Source: Cyanobium sp. FGCU6
GTDB lineage: Bacteria > Cyanobacteriota > Cyanobacteriia > PCC-6307 > Cyanobiaceae
Assembly: GCA_024958655.1 (NCBI GenBank)
Contig: JANWUR010000013.1
Span: 35,043 to 99,042 of the forward strand
Reading direction: 5' to 3'
DNA: 64,000 nt
Positions 27,112 to 38,738 of this stretch are shown piece after piece. Position 1 is the first letter of the stretch, and each line of letters begins with the position of its first letter. The notes beneath the pieces are model-generated. The model was given only the letters and a program-made list of their open reading frames with translations. It was not told the DNA's origin and did no database searches. The translations under genes were made by a program, and so were the position numbers.

Positions 27112-29769
27112 TCAGGGCGCGGGGCGGTCTTCGGCCGGTTCGTCCCCGGGAGCCAGCTCTTCCCCTTCGCCCTGAGCGGATTCAGCCAAGGCCGAATCAG
27201 TGGTCTCCTCCCCCTCGGCGGCCGGCGGCACCAGCACCAGCTCCGCCAGACGATCGCCGGAGTCGAGACGCTGCAGGCGCACGCCGGTGGCGGCCCGGGA
27301 CTGCTGGGGAACGGCGTCGGCCTGCATGCGCACGATCACCCCGCGCTCGCTCACCAGCAGCAGCTCCTCCCTCGCGCCCAGCACCTTCAGACCCACGAGA
27401 ACGTCGCCGTCGCGGCGGAACTTGATCGCCCGCAGGCCCATGCCGGCGCGCTTCTGGAGACGGAACTGATCGACCGGCACCCGCTTGCCCAGGCCGCCGG
27501 CGGTGGCCACCAGAACCCAGGGTCCCTCGCTCACGGCCACCTCCTCCACCTCGGCCTCGTCGTCGGCCACGGCACTGATGGCCACCCGGTCGGCCAGCTC
27601 AGCCGGCAGCACATCCATGCTCACCAGGCGATCGCCATTGCGCAGGGTCATCGCGCGCACGCCCCGGGCGGTGCGGCCCAGGGGCCGCAGCTCCTCGTCG
27701 CTGAGGCGGAAGTGGATCGTCATGCCCTTGAGCGAGCCGATCAACACGCTGTCGCCGGGCAGCGCCAGCCGCACCCAGCGCAGCGCATCCCCCTCCTCGA
27801 GCGAGATGGCGATCAGGCCGTTGGAGCGGATGTTGGCGAACGCCGACAGCCGGGTGCGCTTCACGTAGCCGCCGCTGGTGAGCATCACCAGCACCGCGTC
27901 ATCGTCGAAGGCGCTCACCGCCAGCAGGGAGGTGAGCGCCTCCTCGCGGGGGATCGGCAGCAGCTGCACCACCGGCGTGCCCTTGGCGGTACGGCTGCTG
28001 ATCGGCACCCGGTAGGCCGGCAGCGAATACACCACTCCGCGGTCGCTGAACAGCAGCAGGCTGTCGTGGTCGTTGCAGCTGATGAACAGCTTCACGGCCT
28101 CCTCGCCCTGGCTGCGGGTGCCGGCCTTGCCACGGGTACCGCGGCTGGTGGCCTCGAACTCGCTCACCGCCATCCGCTTCAGGTAGCCGTTCTCGGTGAG
28201 CAGCACCACCGATCGCTCATTGGCGATCAGGTCGATGTCCTCGAGGCCGCCCTCGAGATCAAGGATCTCGGTGCGGCGAGGGGAGTCGTAGCGGGTACGG
28301 ATCGCCTGGAGCTCGTCGGTGATCAGGCCGAAGACCCTCTCCCGGCGCGCCAGGATGTCTTTGTAGTCGGTGATCTTGGCCAGCAGATCCTCATGCTCGA
28401 GCCGAATCTTGTCGGCCTCCAGAGCCGTGAGCCGCCGCAGTTGCATCTGGAGGATGGCGTCGGCCTGCACCTCGCTGAGGCCGAATCTCTCCATCAGCTG
28501 CTGGCGGGCGGTGGCGGTGTCGGCGGCCGCGCGGATCAGGGCGATGATCGCGTCGAGATTGTCGAGGGCGATCAGAAGGCCGAGCAGGATGTGATCGCGC
28601 TCTTCGGCCTTGCGCAGCAGGTAGCGGGTGCGGCGCTCGATCGTCTCGACCCGGAAGTCGAGGAACACCTCCAGCAGGCGGCGCAGGGTGAGCAGGATCG
28701 GCTCACCGCCCACCAGCGCCAGCATGTAGGCGTTGAAGTTGCTCTGCAGGGGCGTGAGTTTGAACAGGTTGTTCAGCACCACCTGCGGGTAGGCGTCACG
28801 GCGCAGTTCGATCACGATGCGCATGCCGTCGCGATCGCTCTCGTCGCGGATATCAGCGATGCCGTCGAGCTTCTTGTCGTTCACCAGTTCGGCGATGCGC
28901 TCGATCAGCGCCGCCTTGTTCGTTTGGTAGGGGAGTTCGGTGATGATCACCGCATCGCGGTCGGGCCGGCCCTTGGCCTCGATCGTTTCGATGTTGGCGA
29001 CGCCGCGCATCGTGACCGACCCACGGCCGGTGGTGTAGGTCTCACGGATGCCACGGCGGCCGAGGATCTGGCCGCCGGTGGGAAAGTCGGGCCCGGGGAT
29101 GATCGCCATCAGCTCGCGATCGCTGAGCTCCGGGTTCTCGATCAGGGCCAGCAGGCCGTCGATCAGCTCGGTGAGGTTGTGGGGCGGGATGTTGGTGGCC
29201 ATCCCCACGGCGATGCCGGTGGAGCCGTTGAGCAGGAGCTGGGGAATGCGCGCCGGCATCACCGTGGGCTCCTGCTGGGAGCCGTCAAAATTGTCGACGA
29301 AGTCGACCGTTTCGCTCTCGATGTCCTCGAGCAGGCTGTCGGTGGTGAGGGCCTGAAGACGCGATTCGGTATAGCGCATCGCGGCAGGCGGGTCGTTGTC
29401 GACCGAGCCGAAGTTGCCGTGCCCATCCACGAGGGGCATGCGCATCGAAAAATCCTGCGCCATGCGCACCAGGGCGTCGTACACCGCGGTGTCGCCGTGG
29501 GGGTGATACTTGCCCAGCACCTCGCCCACCACACGGGCGCACTTGCGGTAAGGCCGATCGCTGGTGAGACCCAGCTCGTACATCGCATAAAGAATGCGGC
29601 GATGCACGGGCTTCAGGCCATCGCGGGCGTCGGGCAGCGCCCGGCCCACGATCACGCTCATCGCATACTCCAGGTAGGAGCGCGACATCTCGTTGCGGAG
29701 GTCGGTCTGGATGATCCGTCCGTCGGAATCGCCGGGATTGGTTCCGCCGGGTCCGGTGGGATCCGCCAT
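27112..29769 (-). CDS. gyrA: DNA gyrase subunit A
   Basis: [22 protein letters not shown] and C-terminal beta-pinwheel repeats. Confidence 0.97.
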   Translation of the reverse strand: MADPTGPGGTNPGDSDGRIIQTDLRNEMSRSYLEYAMSVIVGRALPDARDGLKPVHRRILYAMYELGLTSDRPYRKCARVVGEVLGKYHPHGDTAVYDALVRMAQDFSMRMPLVDGHGNFGSVDNDPPAAMRYTESRLQALTTDSLLEDIESETVDFVDNFDGSQQEPTVMPARIPQLLLNGSTGIAVGMATNIPPHNLTELIDGLLALIENPELSDRELMAIIPGPDFPTGGQILGRRGIRETYTTGRGSVTMRGVANIETIEAKGRPDRDAVIITELPYQTNKAALIERIAELVNDKKLDGIADIRDESDRDGMRIVIELRRDAYPQVVLNNLFKLTPLQSNFNAYMLALVGGEPILLTLRRLLEVFLDFRVETIERRTRYLLRKAEERDHILLGLLIALDNLDAIIALIRAAADTATARQQLMERFGLSEVQADAILQMQLRRLTALEADKIRLEHEDLLAKITDYKDILARRERVFGLITDELQAIRTRYDSPRRTEILDLEGGLEDIDLIANERSVVLLTENGYLKRMAVSEFEATSRGTRGKAGTRSQGEEAVKLFISCNDHDSLLLFSDRGVVYSLPAYRVPISSRTAKGTPVVQLLPIPREEALTSLLAVSAFDDDAVLVMLTSGGYVKRTRLSAFANIRSNGLIAISLEEGDALRWVRLALPGDSVLIGSLKGMTIHFRLSDEELRPLGRTARGVRAMTLRNGDRLVSMDVLPAELADRVAISAVADDEAEVEEVAVSEGPWVLVATAGGLGKRVPVDQFRLQKRAGMGLRAIKFRRDGDVLVGLKVLGAREELLLVSERGVIVRMQADAVPQQSRAATGVRLQRLDSGDRLAELVLVPPAAEGEETTDSALAESAQGEGEELAPGDEPAEDRPAP

Positions 29770-29853
29770 GCATGACCGCCTGGTGCAGGGCTCAGCCTAC
29801 CGCCGGGTGCATCCCAGGTCCGCCCGCGCCTCCAGAGGCCACCAGGAGGCGCC

Positions 29854-31020
29854 ATGAGCCCGGTCGACGACCTTGCGCCCCGGAAGGAGGCCGAACTCCA
29901 GTTGCGGCAGCGCCAGGGGCGCCTGCGGGTGCGCACCGCCGCCGACTTCCGGGCCCTCGTGGCCGGTGCCGGGCTGGCGTCGGCCTATGCCGACACCGAC
30001 GTGGTGGTAGCCGCTTCAGCCGAGTTCACCGACCAGGCCAGCCTTCACCTGGGCCTCGGACCCACCGATCCGCCGATCCGGCTGCGCGATCCCGTGCTCG
30101 GAGGTGTGGCGGCGATGGCCGGTGGGGCCGGTGGCGATCTGGTGCTGCCGATCGGCGGCGGCCTGGCCGAGGGCCAGCGCCGCGGCGGCGCCCAGGTGCT
30201 CGGGGACCTGCTCAGCGGACGCCCGCTGGAGCTGGGGGCCATGGGAGAGGTGACCCCCCTGCAGCCCCGCCGCGACCTCCACACCCAACTGGATCTCGAG
30301 CGGCTCGGCAGTGCCCGGCTGCTGCTGCACCGGGGAATCGTGGAGAACGGCGTGGTGGCGGTGAGCAGTGCCGAAGGGGTGTTGCGCAGCGCCTACGGCC
30401 CTCTGCTGGGGCCCTTCCACAACGCCCTCCACACCTGCGGCGGTGCCGACAGCATCGGCCTGGCGATGCCGGCCCTGGCGCTGCTCGGCCCGGGATCACC
30501 GGTGCTGGTGGCTGGAGCCGTGGGCTGGGTGGTGGGCACGGGGCACGGACATCAGCCCCGGCCGAAGCGGCAGGCCAGTGGCCATGCCCGCACACCCGGT
30601 GCCGTGGCGGCGGTGAGCGTGGATCTCCACGGCCTGAACCCTGCCTGGATCCGGCCCTGCTTCTTTGAAGGCCACGGCAGCGCCCTGCTGGTGGCGATCG
30701 CCGCCCCGATCCCCCTGCTGGATGGCGAGACCGCCCGCCGAGCCGCCACAGCCGACGAGGCTCTCGAGGCACCGGTGCTCGACGTGGCCATCCCCCGCCG
30801 GATCAAACCCAGCTTTGGCGGTGTGCCCTACGGCCAGCTGCGGTCGGGGACGATCCGGGTGGAGGGTCGCGCCGTGGCTGCAGCGCCCGCCCACAGTCCC
30901 CGGCTGGCGGCCGCCATCGCCGGCGAACTGGTCGCCCGGCTGACCAGCGGACGCTTTCCCCTTCGCCTGCCCCTGGTACCCCTCGGGGAGCGTTCCGGCC
31001 TCGTTCCCCTCGAGGCCTGA
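29854..31020 (+). CDS. DUF39 / homocysteine-biosynthesis-protein-like (divergent)
   Basis: DTDVVVAA, RRGGAQVLGDL, IGLAMP.LALLGPGSPVL, CFFEGHG, YGQLRSGTI. Confidence 0.7.
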   Translation: MSPVDDLAPRKEAELQLRQRQGRLRVRTAADFRALVAGAGLASAYADTDVVVAASAEFTDQASLHLGLGPTDPPIRLRDPVLGGVAAMAGGAGGDLVLPIGGGLAEGQRRGGAQVLGDLLSGRPLELGAMGEVTPLQPRRDLHTQLDLERLGSARLLLHRGIVENGVVAVSSAEGVLRSAYGPLLGPFHNALHTCGGADSIGLAMPALALLGPGSPVLVAGAVGWVVGTGHGHQPRPKRQASGHARTPGAVAAVSVDLHGLNPAWIRPCFFEGHGSALLVAIAAPIPLLDGETARRAATADEALEAPVLDVAIPRRIKPSFGGVPYGQLRSGTIRVEGRAVAAAPAHSPRLAAAIAGELVARLTSGRFPLRLPLVPLGERSGLVPLEA

Positions 31021-31083
31021 GCAGGATCGGGGGACCGGCGGGGGGAAATCGCCGTAAGCTCCCGCCATCACCACGCCAGAGGC

Positions 31084-31752
31084 ATGGCCGACGTCCCCGT
31101 GAACCCCGCCTCCCCCGACCACCCAGAGGCTGCGGAAGCTCAGGACTCCCCCCTCGAAGCGCCGGCCGCCGAAACTGAGGTCGCCGCCGAGGCCGTGGAG
31201 CCGCCGGTGCCGGCGGAGGCGTCGGCTCCTGAAGCGACTCCCAGGCAGGAGGTCCCCGGTCACGACACCCCGCCGGCGTCAGAGCCGGAGCCTTCGGCTC
31301 CGGAGTCGGAACCGGAGCTGGAGCCGGTGGCCGCTGCGGCACCGGCCCCCAGCGCACCGCCGCCCCTCGCCGCCCCCTCGATCGCCGCCACTCTGGAAGC
31401 GCCTCCCGTGGCCGCAGGAACCGGCGGATCCGCGAGCGAGGAAGGGGGCGAATGGGACCTGCTGGTGGGGAAGGTTCGCGCGTTCCTCGACGGCGGCGAG
31501 CTTCAGGCCTGGTGGGATCGCCTCGGAGGACCGCTGCGCGGCCTCGGCCTGCTGATCGGTCTCGTTCTCGTGCTGCGCCTCTACGACGCGCTGCTCGACA
31601 CCCTCGACGATCTGCCGCTCGTTCCCCGATTGCTCCAGCTGGCCGGGCTGATCGCCCTGGTGCGTTTCGCCCTCACCCGGCTGGTGCGCACCGAGGAGCG
31701 CCAGGCGGTGCTGAGCGACTGGAAGGCGCGCTGGCAACGCTTCCGCGGCTAA
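31084..31752 (+). CDS. CAAD/CURT1-like thylakoid membrane protein
   Basis: Long acidic Pro-rich N-terminus; two TM helices with LPLVPRLLQLAGL...ERQA. Confidence 0.85.
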   Translation: MADVPVNPASPDHPEAAEAQDSPLEAPAAETEVAAEAVEPPVPAEASAPEATPRQEVPGHDTPPASEPEPSAPESEPELEPVAAAAPAPSAPPPLAAPSIAATLEAPPVAAGTGGSASEEGGEWDLLVGKVRAFLDGGELQAWWDRLGGPLRGLGLLIGLVLVLRLYDALLDTLDDLPLVPRLLQLAGLIALVRFALTRLVRTEERQAVLSDWKARWQRFRG

Positions 31753-31823
31753 GCCCGACGGCAGAGTGCCGGTGAGGTTTCGCCTGGCCGGTTGATAACT
31801 TGACCCGATTGTGCAGCACTCCG

Positions 31824-32987
31824 GTGAACATCCAGCTCGGTCGCAACCGCGTCGTCCGCCGCGCCTACGGCATCGACGAGATCGCACTGGTGCCGGGCGG
31901 TCGCACCGTCGATCCAGCCGTGACCGACAGCAGCTGGACCCTGGCCGGTATCACCCGCGAGATCCCGATCATCGCCAGTGCGATGGATGGCGTGGTGGAT
32001 GTGGGAATGTGCGCGGAACTCACCAGGCTCGGTGCTCTTGGTGTTCTGAACCTCGAAGGCGTGCAATGCCGCTACGACGACCCGAACCCTGTGCTGGATC
32101 GGATCGCCGCGGTGGGCAAGGAGGAGTTCGTGCCCCTGATGCAGGAGCTCTACAGCCAGCCTGTGCGCGAAGACCTGATCCGCCGCCGCATCGCCGGCAT
32201 CAAGGAGAAGGGCGGGATCGCCGCGGTGAGCGCCACGCCTGTGGCCGCCCTGAGGTTCGGTGCGGCCATCGCCGAAGCCGGCGCCGATCTCTTCTTCGTG
32301 CAGGCCACGGTGGTGAGCACGGAGCACATCGGACCTGAAGGTCAGGAATCCCTGAACCTGGAGACCCTCTGTCGCACGATGGGTGTGCCTGTGGTGATCG
32401 GCAATTGCGTCACCTATGCGGTGGCGCTGCAGCTGATGCGTGCCGGCGCCGCCGGTGTGATGGTGGGCATCGGGCCGGGGGCCGCCTGCACCTCGCGGGG
32501 TGTGCTGGGCATCGGCATCCCCCAGGCCACGGCCGTGGCCGACTGCGCCGCCGCCCGTGACGACCACTTCAACGAAACCGGCCGTTACGTGCCAATCGTG
32601 GCTGACGGCGGCATCGTCACCGGCGGCGACATCTGCAAGTGTCTGGCCTGCGGCGCCGACGCCGTGATGATCGGATCGCCGATCGCCCGGGCCGCCGAAG
32701 CCCCCGGCCGCGGTTTCCACTGGGGCATGGCCACGCCCAGCCCGGTGCTGCCCCGTGGCACCCGCATCAAGGTGGGCACCACCGGCAGCCTGGAGAAGAT
32801 CCTGCGCGGGCCTGCCGGTCTCGACGACGGCACCCAGAACCTGCTGGGCTGCATCCGCACCTCGATGGGCACCCTCGGCGCGCGCACCATCAAGGAGATG
32901 CAACAGGTGGAAGTGGTGGTCGCCCCCTCGCTGCTGACCGAGGGCAAGGTGTACCAGAAGGCCCAGCAGCTGGGCATGGGCAAGTAA
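31824..32987 (+). CDS. guaB: IMP dehydrogenase (GuaB3 type)
   Basis: RRAYGIDEIAL, VGIGPGAACT, ADGGI, KAQQLGMG. Confidence 0.95.
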   Translation: MNIQLGRNRVVRRAYGIDEIALVPGGRTVDPAVTDSSWTLAGITREIPIIASAMDGVVDVGMCAELTRLGALGVLNLEGVQCRYDDPNPVLDRIAAVGKEEFVPLMQELYSQPVREDLIRRRIAGIKEKGGIAAVSATPVAALRFGAAIAEAGADLFFVQATVVSTEHIGPEGQESLNLETLCRTMGVPVVIGNCVTYAVALQLMRAGAAGVMVGIGPGAACTSRGVLGIGIPQATAVADCAAARDDHFNETGRYVPIVADGGIVTGGDICKCLACGADAVMIGSPIARAAEAPGRGFHWGMATPSPVLPRGTRIKVGTTGSLEKILRGPAGLDDGTQNLLGCIRTSMGTLGARTIKEMQQVEVVVAPSLLTEGKVYQKAQQLGMGK

Positions 32988-33039
32988 CCGGCGGGGCCAG
33001 CGCCTCACCTGCCCACAGAACGGGGGCTAACCTCCGGAT

Positions 33040-33097
33040 GTGGGGGCTACGGCTCGCACACTCCTCACACCCACCGGCCCGGGGTTCCCGGGCTTTT
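33040..33097 (+). ncRNA. yfr1: Yfr1 small RNA
   Basis: 5' hairpin, conserved ACTCCTCACAC loop (33060-33070), terminator hairpin plus TTTT; canonical guaB-trxA location; TAACCT -10 at ~33028. Confidence 0.92.
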
Positions 33098-33213
33098 CGT
33101 CTTCCAGTCCGCTCGGCGCCGCGCCACGCAACGGCCTGCAACGTTGCGGGCCGTTGCGGAGAGCCGAACCCCGCACAGTTGCTAGATTCCGGGAATTCCG
33201 ATCCCCGCCAAGG

Positions 33214-33537
33214 ATGTCCAGCGCCGCCGCTGTCACCGACGCCTCCTTTGAGCAAGACGTGCTCAAGAGCGATGTGCCCGTGCTGGTCGACTTCTGGGCT
33301 CCCTGGTGCGGACCCTGCCGCATGGTCGCTCCGATCGTCGACGAAATCGCCAAGGACTACGAAGGCAGGATCAAGGTGTTCAAGCTCAACACCGACGAGA
33401 ACCCCAACGTCGCCAGTCAGTACGGCATCCGCAGCATCCCCACCCTGATGCTCTTCAAGGGCGGTCAGAAGGTCGACACCGTGGTCGGCGCCGTTCCCAA
33501 GACCACCCTCTCCGGCACCATCTCGAAATACCTCTGA
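33214..33537 (+). CDS. trxA: Thioredoxin
   Basis: WAPWCGPC active site. Confidence 0.97.
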   Translation: MSSAAAVTDASFEQDVLKSDVPVLVDFWAPWCGPCRMVAPIVDEIAKDYEGRIKVFKLNTDENPNVASQYGIRSIPTLMLFKGGQKVDTVVGAVPKTTLSGTISKYL

Positions 33538-34604
33538 CTTCCGCCTCTCCGTCCGCCGGCCTCTCGCGAACCGGCGGCAAAAGCCCCCTTGAAGCTCTGG
33601 CCGAGCAATTGCAGGGCCATCCGCAGCGCCGCCTGATCGAGCGCGCGGTGATCTCCCTGCTGGAGGTGGCGCGCGATGAGAACGAGATCGACGAGTGGCG
33701 GTTGATCAGCGGGTGCCTCGCCGACATCAGCGAGGCGATGGAGGTGTTTCGGCCCAGGAGAACAGCGCGCAAGATCACCGTGTTCGGTTCGGCCCGCACC
33801 CTGCACGACGATCCCAGCTACCACCTGGCCGAGGCGATTGCCAAACAGGCCGTTGAGGCCGGCTTTGAGGTGATGACCGGAGCTGGTGGCGGCGTGATGG
33901 AAGGGGCCAACAGCGGCGCCGGCTGTGAGCACAGCATCGGCCTCAATGTCGACCTGCCGTTCGAGCAGCATCCCAACGCTTATGTGAGCGAGTGTGAAGG
34001 CAGGCTGCTGTATTTCCGCTACTTCTTCACCCGCAAACTCTTCTTCCTGCGTGAGAGCGATGCCCTGGTGGTGATGCCCGGCGGCTTCGGCACCCTCGAT
34101 GAGCTGTTCGAGGCCCTCACCCTGATCCAGACAGGCCGCACCCCGCCGATTCCGCTGGTGCTGCTGGCCCCGGAGGGCGACGACTTCTGGAAGCTGTGGC
34201 AGCGCTACGTGAGCCAGGAGCTGGCCGGCCGCGGTTTGATCTCCCCCGAAGACGTCGACCTGGTGGTGGAAGCCACCTGCGCCGGTGCGGCGGTGGAGCG
34301 CATCGCCCGCTTCTACCGGGTGTTCCACAGCGCCCTGCTGGGGGGAGAGCGGATCGAGCTGCTGCTCAACGCCCCGATCCCCAGGGAGCGGCTGCCCGAA
34401 CTCAACCGCACCTTTGCCGACATGGTGGAGGAAGGGGCCATCCAGGCGGGCGAGAACGTCGACGACCGCGGCATCCTGCGCCCCTGCCTGCGCTTCCGCT
34501 TCGACCGCCGGCGGGTGGGGCGGCTGTATCAGTTCATCGACCACCTCAACGGCATGGACCTCGACGACAGCGAAGCCCTCCAGCACCCCGCCGACAGGAT
34601 CTGA
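33534..34604 (+). CDS. LOG family (Rossmann-fold nucleotide-binding) protein; start uncertain
   Basis: [30 protein letters not shown]. Confidence 0.88.
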   Translation: MTSASPSAGLSRTGGKSPLEALAEQLQGHPQRRLIERAVISLLEVARDENEIDEWRLISGCLADISEAMEVFRPRRTARKITVFGSARTLHDDPSYHLAEAIAKQAVEAGFEVMTGAGGGVMEGANSGAGCEHSIGLNVDLPFEQHPNAYVSECEGRLLYFRYFFTRKLFFLRESDALVVMPGGFGTLDELFEALTLIQTGRTPPIPLVLLAPEGDDFWKLWQRYVSQELAGRGLISPEDVDLVVEATCAGAAVERIARFYRVFHSALLGGERIELLLNAPIPRERLPELNRTFADMVEEGAIQAGENVDDRGILRPCLRFRFDRRRVGRLYQFIDHLNGMDLDDSEALQHPADRI

Positions 34605-34645
34605 ACACTCCGCTGGCAGAGTGGGGCTTGACGTCGTCCTCATCC

Positions 34646-35275
34646 ATGCGCCCGCGCCGGCTCGGTCTGATCGACTACGGCATGGGCAATCTGCATTCCG
34701 TGCAGCAGGCCTTCCAGCGGCTCGGAGCCACGGTGGAGGCGGTGCACGGCCCCGGGCTGCCCGGCGATCTCGATGCCCTGGTGCTGCCCGGCGTGGGCGC
34801 CTTCGATCCGGCGATGGAACGGCTGGCCGAAGCAGGACTGATCGCGTCCCTGCGGAACTGGTGCGGCGCGGATCGCCCCCTGCTGGGCATCTGCCTGGGG
34901 CTGCAGCTGCTGTTCGAGGCCAGCGATGAGGGCAGCCGCGAGGGGCTCGGCCTGCTCAAGGGTCGCGTGCGGGCCCTGCCCCGCCACCCCGGCCATCCCC
35001 TGCCCCACATGGGCTGGGCCCCGCTGATCCCCGCCACGCCCAGCCCGCTGCTGCCGCCGGGATCCCCCGAGGCCTGGGTGTACTTCGTGCATTCCTTCGC
35101 CGCCGACCCCACCGATCCGGCCTGCACGATCGCCCGGGTCGACTACGCGGGCACGCCGGTCACCGCCGCTGTGGGCCAGGGACCGATCGCCGCCTGCCAG
35201 TTCCATCCAGAGAAATCGGGCGTGGTGGGAGAGGCGATGCTGCGGCGCTGGCTGCAGCAGCTGCCGCTTCGATGA
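34646..35275 (+). CDS. hisH: Imidazole glycerol phosphate synthase glutaminase subunit
   Basis: DYGMGNL, LPGVGAF, GICLG, QFHPEKS. Confidence 0.96.
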   Translation: MRPRRLGLIDYGMGNLHSVQQAFQRLGATVEAVHGPGLPGDLDALVLPGVGAFDPAMERLAEAGLIASLRNWCGADRPLLGICLGLQLLFEASDEGSREGLGLLKGRVRALPRHPGHPLPHMGWAPLIPATPSPLLPPGSPEAWVYFVHSFAADPTDPACTIARVDYAGTPVTAAVGQGPIAACQFHPEKSGVVGEAMLRRWLQQLPLR

Positions 35276-35865
35276 GCCTGCGGGTGAGCGGCGGGCGGCG
35301 GCTGCGCAGCCCCAAAGGAGACGTGGCCCGTCCCACCAGCTCGCGGGTGCGGCTGGCGGTGATCAACCTGCTGGCCCCCCGGCTGGCCGGGGCCCGCTGG
35401 CTGGATCTCTGCTGCGGCAGTGGCGCGATGGCCTGCGAGGCGCTGCAGCACGGGGTGGCCGAGGTGGTGGCGGTGGAGCGCGACCGGAGGATAGCCGCGG
35501 TGGCCCGGGCCAACCTGGAGGCGGTGCAGGGGGGACTCACCGGAGAGGAGGGAGATCAGGGCCCCCGCGTGCGCGTGGACGCGGAAGACGTGTTGCGCTG
35601 GTTGAAGCGACCCTGCACCACCCGCTTCGATCTCATCTACGCCGATCCGCCCTATGCCGCCGGGCTCTACGCCCCGATCGCCGCGGCGGTGCTGAAGGGC
35701 GGGTGGCTGGCCCCCGCGGGGATTCTGGTGTGGGAATGTGCGAGCGATGCGGTGCCCGAGCTTCCCCAGGGTTGGCGCTGCCATGACCGACGCCGCTACG
35801 GGGGGAGCACAGTGGTGCTGCTGGAGGCGGCGCCTCGGCAAGAGAACGGAACCTTGCCAACCTGA
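35272..35865 (+). CDS. rsmD: 16S rRNA m2G966 methyltransferase
   Basis: RPT, LDLCCGSG, ADPPY. Confidence 0.92.
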   Translation: MSLRVSGGRRLRSPKGDVARPTSSRVRLAVINLLAPRLAGARWLDLCCGSGAMACEALQHGVAEVVAVERDRRIAAVARANLEAVQGGLTGEEGDQGPRVRVDAEDVLRWLKRPCTTRFDLIYADPPYAAGLYAPIAAAVLKGGWLAPAGILVWECASDAVPELPQGWRCHDRRRYGGSTVVLLEAAPRQENGTLPT

Positions 35866-36040
35866 AGGTCGTCAGGCGTATGGATTGGACAACGTTCGCC
35901 ACCGGCGGGCTAAACAATTGTCATCAACCCTCAATCATCTGCCGCACATCCGCTGCAGAACTCAGGCCAACCTGCTGAGCAGAACAAGTTGGCCCAGATT
36001 CCGATGTAACCAGGTAGGGCCCGTTCTGGCACCGAGAACC

Positions 36041-36748
36041 ATGCCCACCCTCAGCTCCAGTCACTCCAGGCCATCCCCCACCACCGCCTTCAACCCGAAG
36101 CGCCTCCTCTCACGGGCGCTGATGGCAGCCGCTCTGCTTGCTGGTGCCGGCGCAGCGCTCTCCGCGGGTTCCGCTCAGGCAGCAACCGGTTGTGGGGTTC
36201 AGATCACCTGGGCAGCCTGGGCAGGCGGTCAGTCTCTGACCTGTGACGACAAAGAATTCACATATCTCTCCACACAAACCATCGGCGATCTTGCCAGCTC
36301 AGTCGTCCAGGCCGATCAACCCCTCCCGGGCGATTATCTGTTTAATCTGGATTTCCCCGTTTTCACGACAGATCCATTCGCCTTCACTTACCAAGCGACC
36401 ATCACAGATCCAACGCGCTTCTTCAATGAAGTTGATCTCGACTCCGATGCAGATTCGGCCGCGAATCCACCCAGTATTCTAACGGCAACATATACATTTG
36501 CTGGCGTAAATTCTCCCATTGTCCTGACGAGCACAAATGGCTCCTCAGCTGTTCAAGGTGTTGAAGGACACCCGACCATCATGACAGTCAATAACGTGTA
36601 CAACGGCGACGGTGCTATTGACTCTATGCAGAACAGCTACCAGCAAAACGAGGTCCCAGGTCCGGTGCCTATCCTCGGCGCCGGCATGGCTTTCGGCTTC
36701 AGCCGCAAGCTGCGCCGTCGCATCCAGGGGCAGCGCGTCACAGGCTGA
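36041..36748 (+). CDS. PEP-CTERM-type (VPGP) sorted surface protein
   Basis: Signal peptide ending SAQA; low-GC middle; tail VPGPVPILGAGMAFGFSRKLRRRI. Confidence 0.88.
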   Translation: MPTLSSSHSRPSPTTAFNPKRLLSRALMAAALLAGAGAALSAGSAQAATGCGVQITWAAWAGGQSLTCDDKEFTYLSTQTIGDLASSVVQADQPLPGDYLFNLDFPVFTTDPFAFTYQATITDPTRFFNEVDLDSDADSAANPPSILTATYTFAGVNSPIVLTSTNGSSAVQGVEGHPTIMTVNNVYNGDGAIDSMQNSYQQNEVPGPVPILGAGMAFGFSRKLRRRIQGQRVTG

Positions 36749-36771
36749 CGAACACGTCTGAAAGCGTGATC

Positions 36772-36801
36772 GGGCCCCGCCGACCGGCAGGGCCCTTTTT
36801 T
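36772..36801 (+). terminator. Intrinsic terminator
   Basis: gggccc...gggccc hairpin followed by a T6 run. Confidence 0.75.
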
Positions 36802-37331
36802 CTGCCCATTCCGGCTTGCCGACCCTGCCCGGCTCGGGAAAGCCCTGGTGCATCTGGCCGCCTATCTCGACCCTTCCAATCCCCTTCTGAGCCGCCGCCG
36901 CAACACCTTTGCCGCCCAGGTTCTGTGGCAGCGCTGGGCTGGGCGGCAGGGGGAGGCATCCGCAGCGCCAACGGCCTGCAGAGCAGCCTGTTCCACGAGC
37001 TCAAGAGCAGGATCGCCGCCGTGCGGGAGGCGTTCAACAGATCCTCCAGCACCAACAGGCTGCAAGTTCACTGCGCAAACCGGCAGCGAATCCTTGGGTC
37101 GCCACAAAGGAATCAAGCCCCCGGCGGCGTTGCGCGCAAACCTGCTGCAGGAGGTGGAGCAAGCGGAAATCCGGGCCGCAGATTGGGTTTCAGCAGGCGC
37201 CACCGCTGGAGACGGCAAGCCGTAAGCAAGGCCTGTGTCCGAGACAAAAGCGAAGTTGTCGTCGCCCTCGAGCCAGGAGGGCGGGGGTTCGGGCCTCAAG
37301 GCCGAACGGCCCGGGGGACGGCCTGGAGCGT

Positions 37332-37445
37332 TCAGCCGCCCAGGGCGCTGCCGCGGTTGTACTGGTTCCAGGCGGCCACGAACAGACCCAGCAGCGTCAC
37401 GGGGATCAGACCGAGCACGATGCCACAGAGCAGGGGTTCGATCAT
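37332..37445 (-). CDS. petG: Cytochrome b6f subunit V
   Basis: [37 protein letters not shown]. Confidence 0.97.
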   Translation of the reverse strand: MIEPLLCGIVLGLIPVTLLGLFVAAWNQYNRGSALGG

Positions 37446-37517
37446 GGAGAGTCTTGGTGGTGCGTTGCACAATTCTTCCATGAGCGGCGCCGCCCCGGTG
37501 ACCCCCCGTCCCAGACC

Positions 37518-37937
37518 GTGACAGGAACGCCTCCCACTCCCGAGCTCAGCCCTGAAGTCGCCAGCCTCCCCGCTCCGGCCGCCGGCCGGGGCGGGGCCTT
37601 CGCGGCCCTGTTGGTGGTGGTGCTGGCCGCTTCGCTGCTGATGGGGGCGGTGCTGGCTCTGCCGGGCCTGCGCGGCGATCCCTACACCCGCACCACCCTG
37701 GCGCTGAGCGGATCGGTCGAGAACGGCGGACGGCTCTTCCGGCTCAACTGCGCCGGCTGCCACGGCCTGGCGGCCCAGGGCCTGGTGGGTCCGAACCTGC
37801 ACGGCGTCGACCGGCGCAAGAACGACCGCCAGCTGATTCAGCAGGTGGTGAGCGGCCGCACGCCGCCGATGCCCCGCTTCCAGCCCGAGCCCCAGGCGAT
37901 GGCCGACCTGCTGGCCTTTCTGCACAGCCTTCCCTGA
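37518..37937 (+). CDS. cytM: Cytochrome cM
   Basis: TM anchor, NCAGCH heme motif, GRTPPMPRF; divergent from petG. Confidence 0.9.
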   Translation: MTGTPPTPELSPEVASLPAPAAGRGGAFAALLVVVLAASLLMGAVLALPGLRGDPYTRTTLALSGSVENGGRLFRLNCAGCHGLAAQGLVGPNLHGVDRRKNDRQLIQQVVSGRTPPMPRFQPEPQAMADLLAFLHSLP

Positions 37938-37958
37938 ACCCCGCGGCAGGATCGGGCC

Positions 37959-38738
37959 ATGACCCTCCATCTGGTGCTGGTGGAGCCGGCCGGCCCCCTC
38001 AACGTGGGCAGCGTCGCCCGCCTGTGCGCGAACTACGGACTGACCGGTCTACGGCTGGTGGCCCCCCGCTGCGATCCCCTCGGCGAGGAGGCCCGGCGGA
38101 TGGCGGTGCACGGCCTCGCGGTGCTGGAGACCGCCCGCACCTACCCCACCCTCGCGGCGGCCCTGGCCGACTGCCGGCGGGTGGTGGCCACCAGCGGCCG
38201 GGGCGAGGGGGAACCGCTGCCCCTCGATCCCCCCGAGCGGGCCCTGGCGTGGCTGCGGGCCGCGCCGGCGGAGGAGCCTGCAGCGCTCGTGTTCGGGCGG
38301 GAGGACCGGGGACTGGCCAACGAAGAACTGCGCCAGGCGGGACGGCTGCTGCACATCCCCACCAACAGCAGCTACGGCTCGCTCAACCTCTCCCACGCCG
38401 TGGCGGTGGTGCTGCACGAATGGCAGAGCCTGCAGCGGGAAAGCAGCGCCGCCGCCACGGGGGCGTGCCCACCGGAGCCGGCCCCCCGGGCGGCATTGGA
38501 GGCCACCCTGGCGGATGCCGAGGCCCTGCTGCTGGAGGTGGGCTTCCTCCATCCCCACACCGCCCGGGCCCGGATGGCGAAGCTGCGCACCCTGTTGCAG
38601 CGGGCCCAGCCCGGCAGCAACGAGGTGGCCCTGCTGCGGGGGATGGTGGCCCAGCTGCGCTGGGCCAGCCGCCGCGGCCTGCCCATTGACGCCACCCCTA
38701 GCGTCAGAACCTTCCCCCCGCCCCTCCCTCCACCGTGA
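37959..38738 (+). CDS. trmJ: SPOUT RNA methyltransferase (TrmJ/TrmH family)
   Basis: [27 protein letters not shown]. Confidence 0.88.
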   Translation: MTLHLVLVEPAGPLNVGSVARLCANYGLTGLRLVAPRCDPLGEEARRMAVHGLAVLETARTYPTLAAALADCRRVVATSGRGEGEPLPLDPPERALAWLRAAPAEEPAALVFGREDRGLANEELRQAGRLLHIPTNSSYGSLNLSHAVAVVLHEWQSLQRESSAAATGACPPEPAPRAALEATLADAEALLLEVGFLHPHTARARMAKLRTLLQRAQPGSNEVALLRGMVAQLRWASRRGLPIDATPSVRTFPPPLPPP

